From positions 620,001-684,000 of the forward strand of contig NW_025767105.1 in the NCBI RefSeq assembly GCF_003918875.1: a stretch of 64,000 nucleotides of DNA, in the 5' to 3' direction. Positions within the stretch are counted from its first letter, which is position 1. Each line of letters starts with the position of its first letter. Positions 63,200 to 64,000 of this stretch are shown in pieces. The position numbers and the translations under genes were made by a program. The notes below the pieces were generated by a model. The model was given only the letters and a program-made list of their open reading frames with translations, did no database searches and was not told the DNA's origin. This stretch comes from Haliotis rubra (Eukaryota).

Positions 63200-64000
63200 A
63201 TTGAGGTCTTGGGTAAGGGTTGTGGCCTCCTTTAGCGTCTCTTACAGTCACACAACGTCTCCTCATAGATCTTAGAACGTTAGTAAACACTCCCCGAAGA
63301 AAACGTCGCCCTTGCTCAACAAATAATGTTATATATTTGAATAGCACTTATTTCCAATGAAACACTGGTCAGAAGCGCTTAACTATTAGCCCCATAACCC
63401 AAACTGCCCGAAGGCGCTAGAAGGTTAATAGTCACATGATTTATCCCTCCGGGTACCCATTTTCTGCTGGGTGAACAGAGGCAATTTTTATAAAAAACTC
63501 ACTTGCCTAAGGTGAGACCACATGTATCACATGTGCTTCGTTGTGAGGCAGGACTGAAGTCTTAGAAACTCTCAGTAGGAGTTAAGCTGACAAACACGAT
63601 CACCCATCCAACGACCTTCCGCTCTCAACTTTGCTTAACTTCAACTGATTCGTGGCCTAAGCTCTATGCAGATCTTGCTAAGTCTCTGGTAGATTGACTT
63701 ACTGACGAACACGTCGATCCAACTTGTCCCAGGTGTGTCCGATAGGACTGAGGTCGGGGCTACGCAACGGCCTAACTAGAACATGAATAGAACTACCGTA
63801 TGCGGTCTTGCTTGAAAGTCAGCCCAGGGCCATGTCTCTGCATGCAGGTCAGGTTGCAAAAGCTGATCCTGTCCTGGCCAGCATTAAGTTCCCTCGAACG
63901 ACAACAAAGGGAGAACGTCCGTGTGCGCACTACGAACCCCATACGCTTCCGCCACCAAATCTGCCCACTTCACGGACGCAGACTTGTGCGTGACGTTCAC
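63200..64000 (-). mobile_element. Decayed Tc1 transposase, running off the window end and interrupted by a SINE
   Basis: Minus-strand motifs RFGGGSVWG, VVRGNL, SPDLSPIGHTWDKLDRRVR, DLHRAL | VEQ...LRSMRRRCVTVRDAKGGH. Confidence 0.8.
63324..63658 (-). mobile_element. 5S rRNA-headed SINE (SINE3-type) with Nin/Deu core
   Basis: Head gaagttaagcaaag...ttggatgggtgatc resembles 5S boxes A and C; core ctgttcacccagcagaaaatgggtacc; L2-like tail aagcgctt...gtgctattcaaat. Confidence 0.7.

Noticed and set aside
63595-63650. 5S rRNA gene
   Set aside because: Only a diverged box A-C segment is present, fused to a SINE core and tail.

Overview
AT-rich, intron-rich animal DNA. The SINE and transposon repertoire suggests a lophotrochozoan, probably a gastropod mollusc (inference). 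Host genes: (i) the 3' five coding exons of RAD23 (+, 279-4033); (ii) a single-coding-exon Tctex1-domain gene with a His-rich N-terminus (-, 10149-10793); (iii) a complete 14-exon CBWD/ZNG1 zinc-chaperone GTPase (+, 32117-48138, 359 aa); (iv) a candidate unannotated 3-exon micro-gene (+, 24748-28754, 79 aa) behind a CRE cluster. Mobile DNA: a Penelope-like element flanked by an 802-bp direct duplication that copies the RAD23 last exon, a near-complete DIRS element, three Tc1 copies, a mariner relic, an L1/Tx1-like fragment, a hAT relic, a solo LTR, MITEs and at least five SINE families. There are eight minisatellites, seven of them inside ZNG1. Main things to follow up: a ~230-bp TSD-bounded palindromic mini-element with a hammerhead ribozyme core on each strand (57254-57485); the Penelope-associated exon duplication; minisatellites apparently derived from a SINE head, a splice donor and a stop codon; and the orphan micro-gene. 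Several frameshifts fall in homopolymer runs and may be long-read errors. All coordinates were read by eye and no searches were run.
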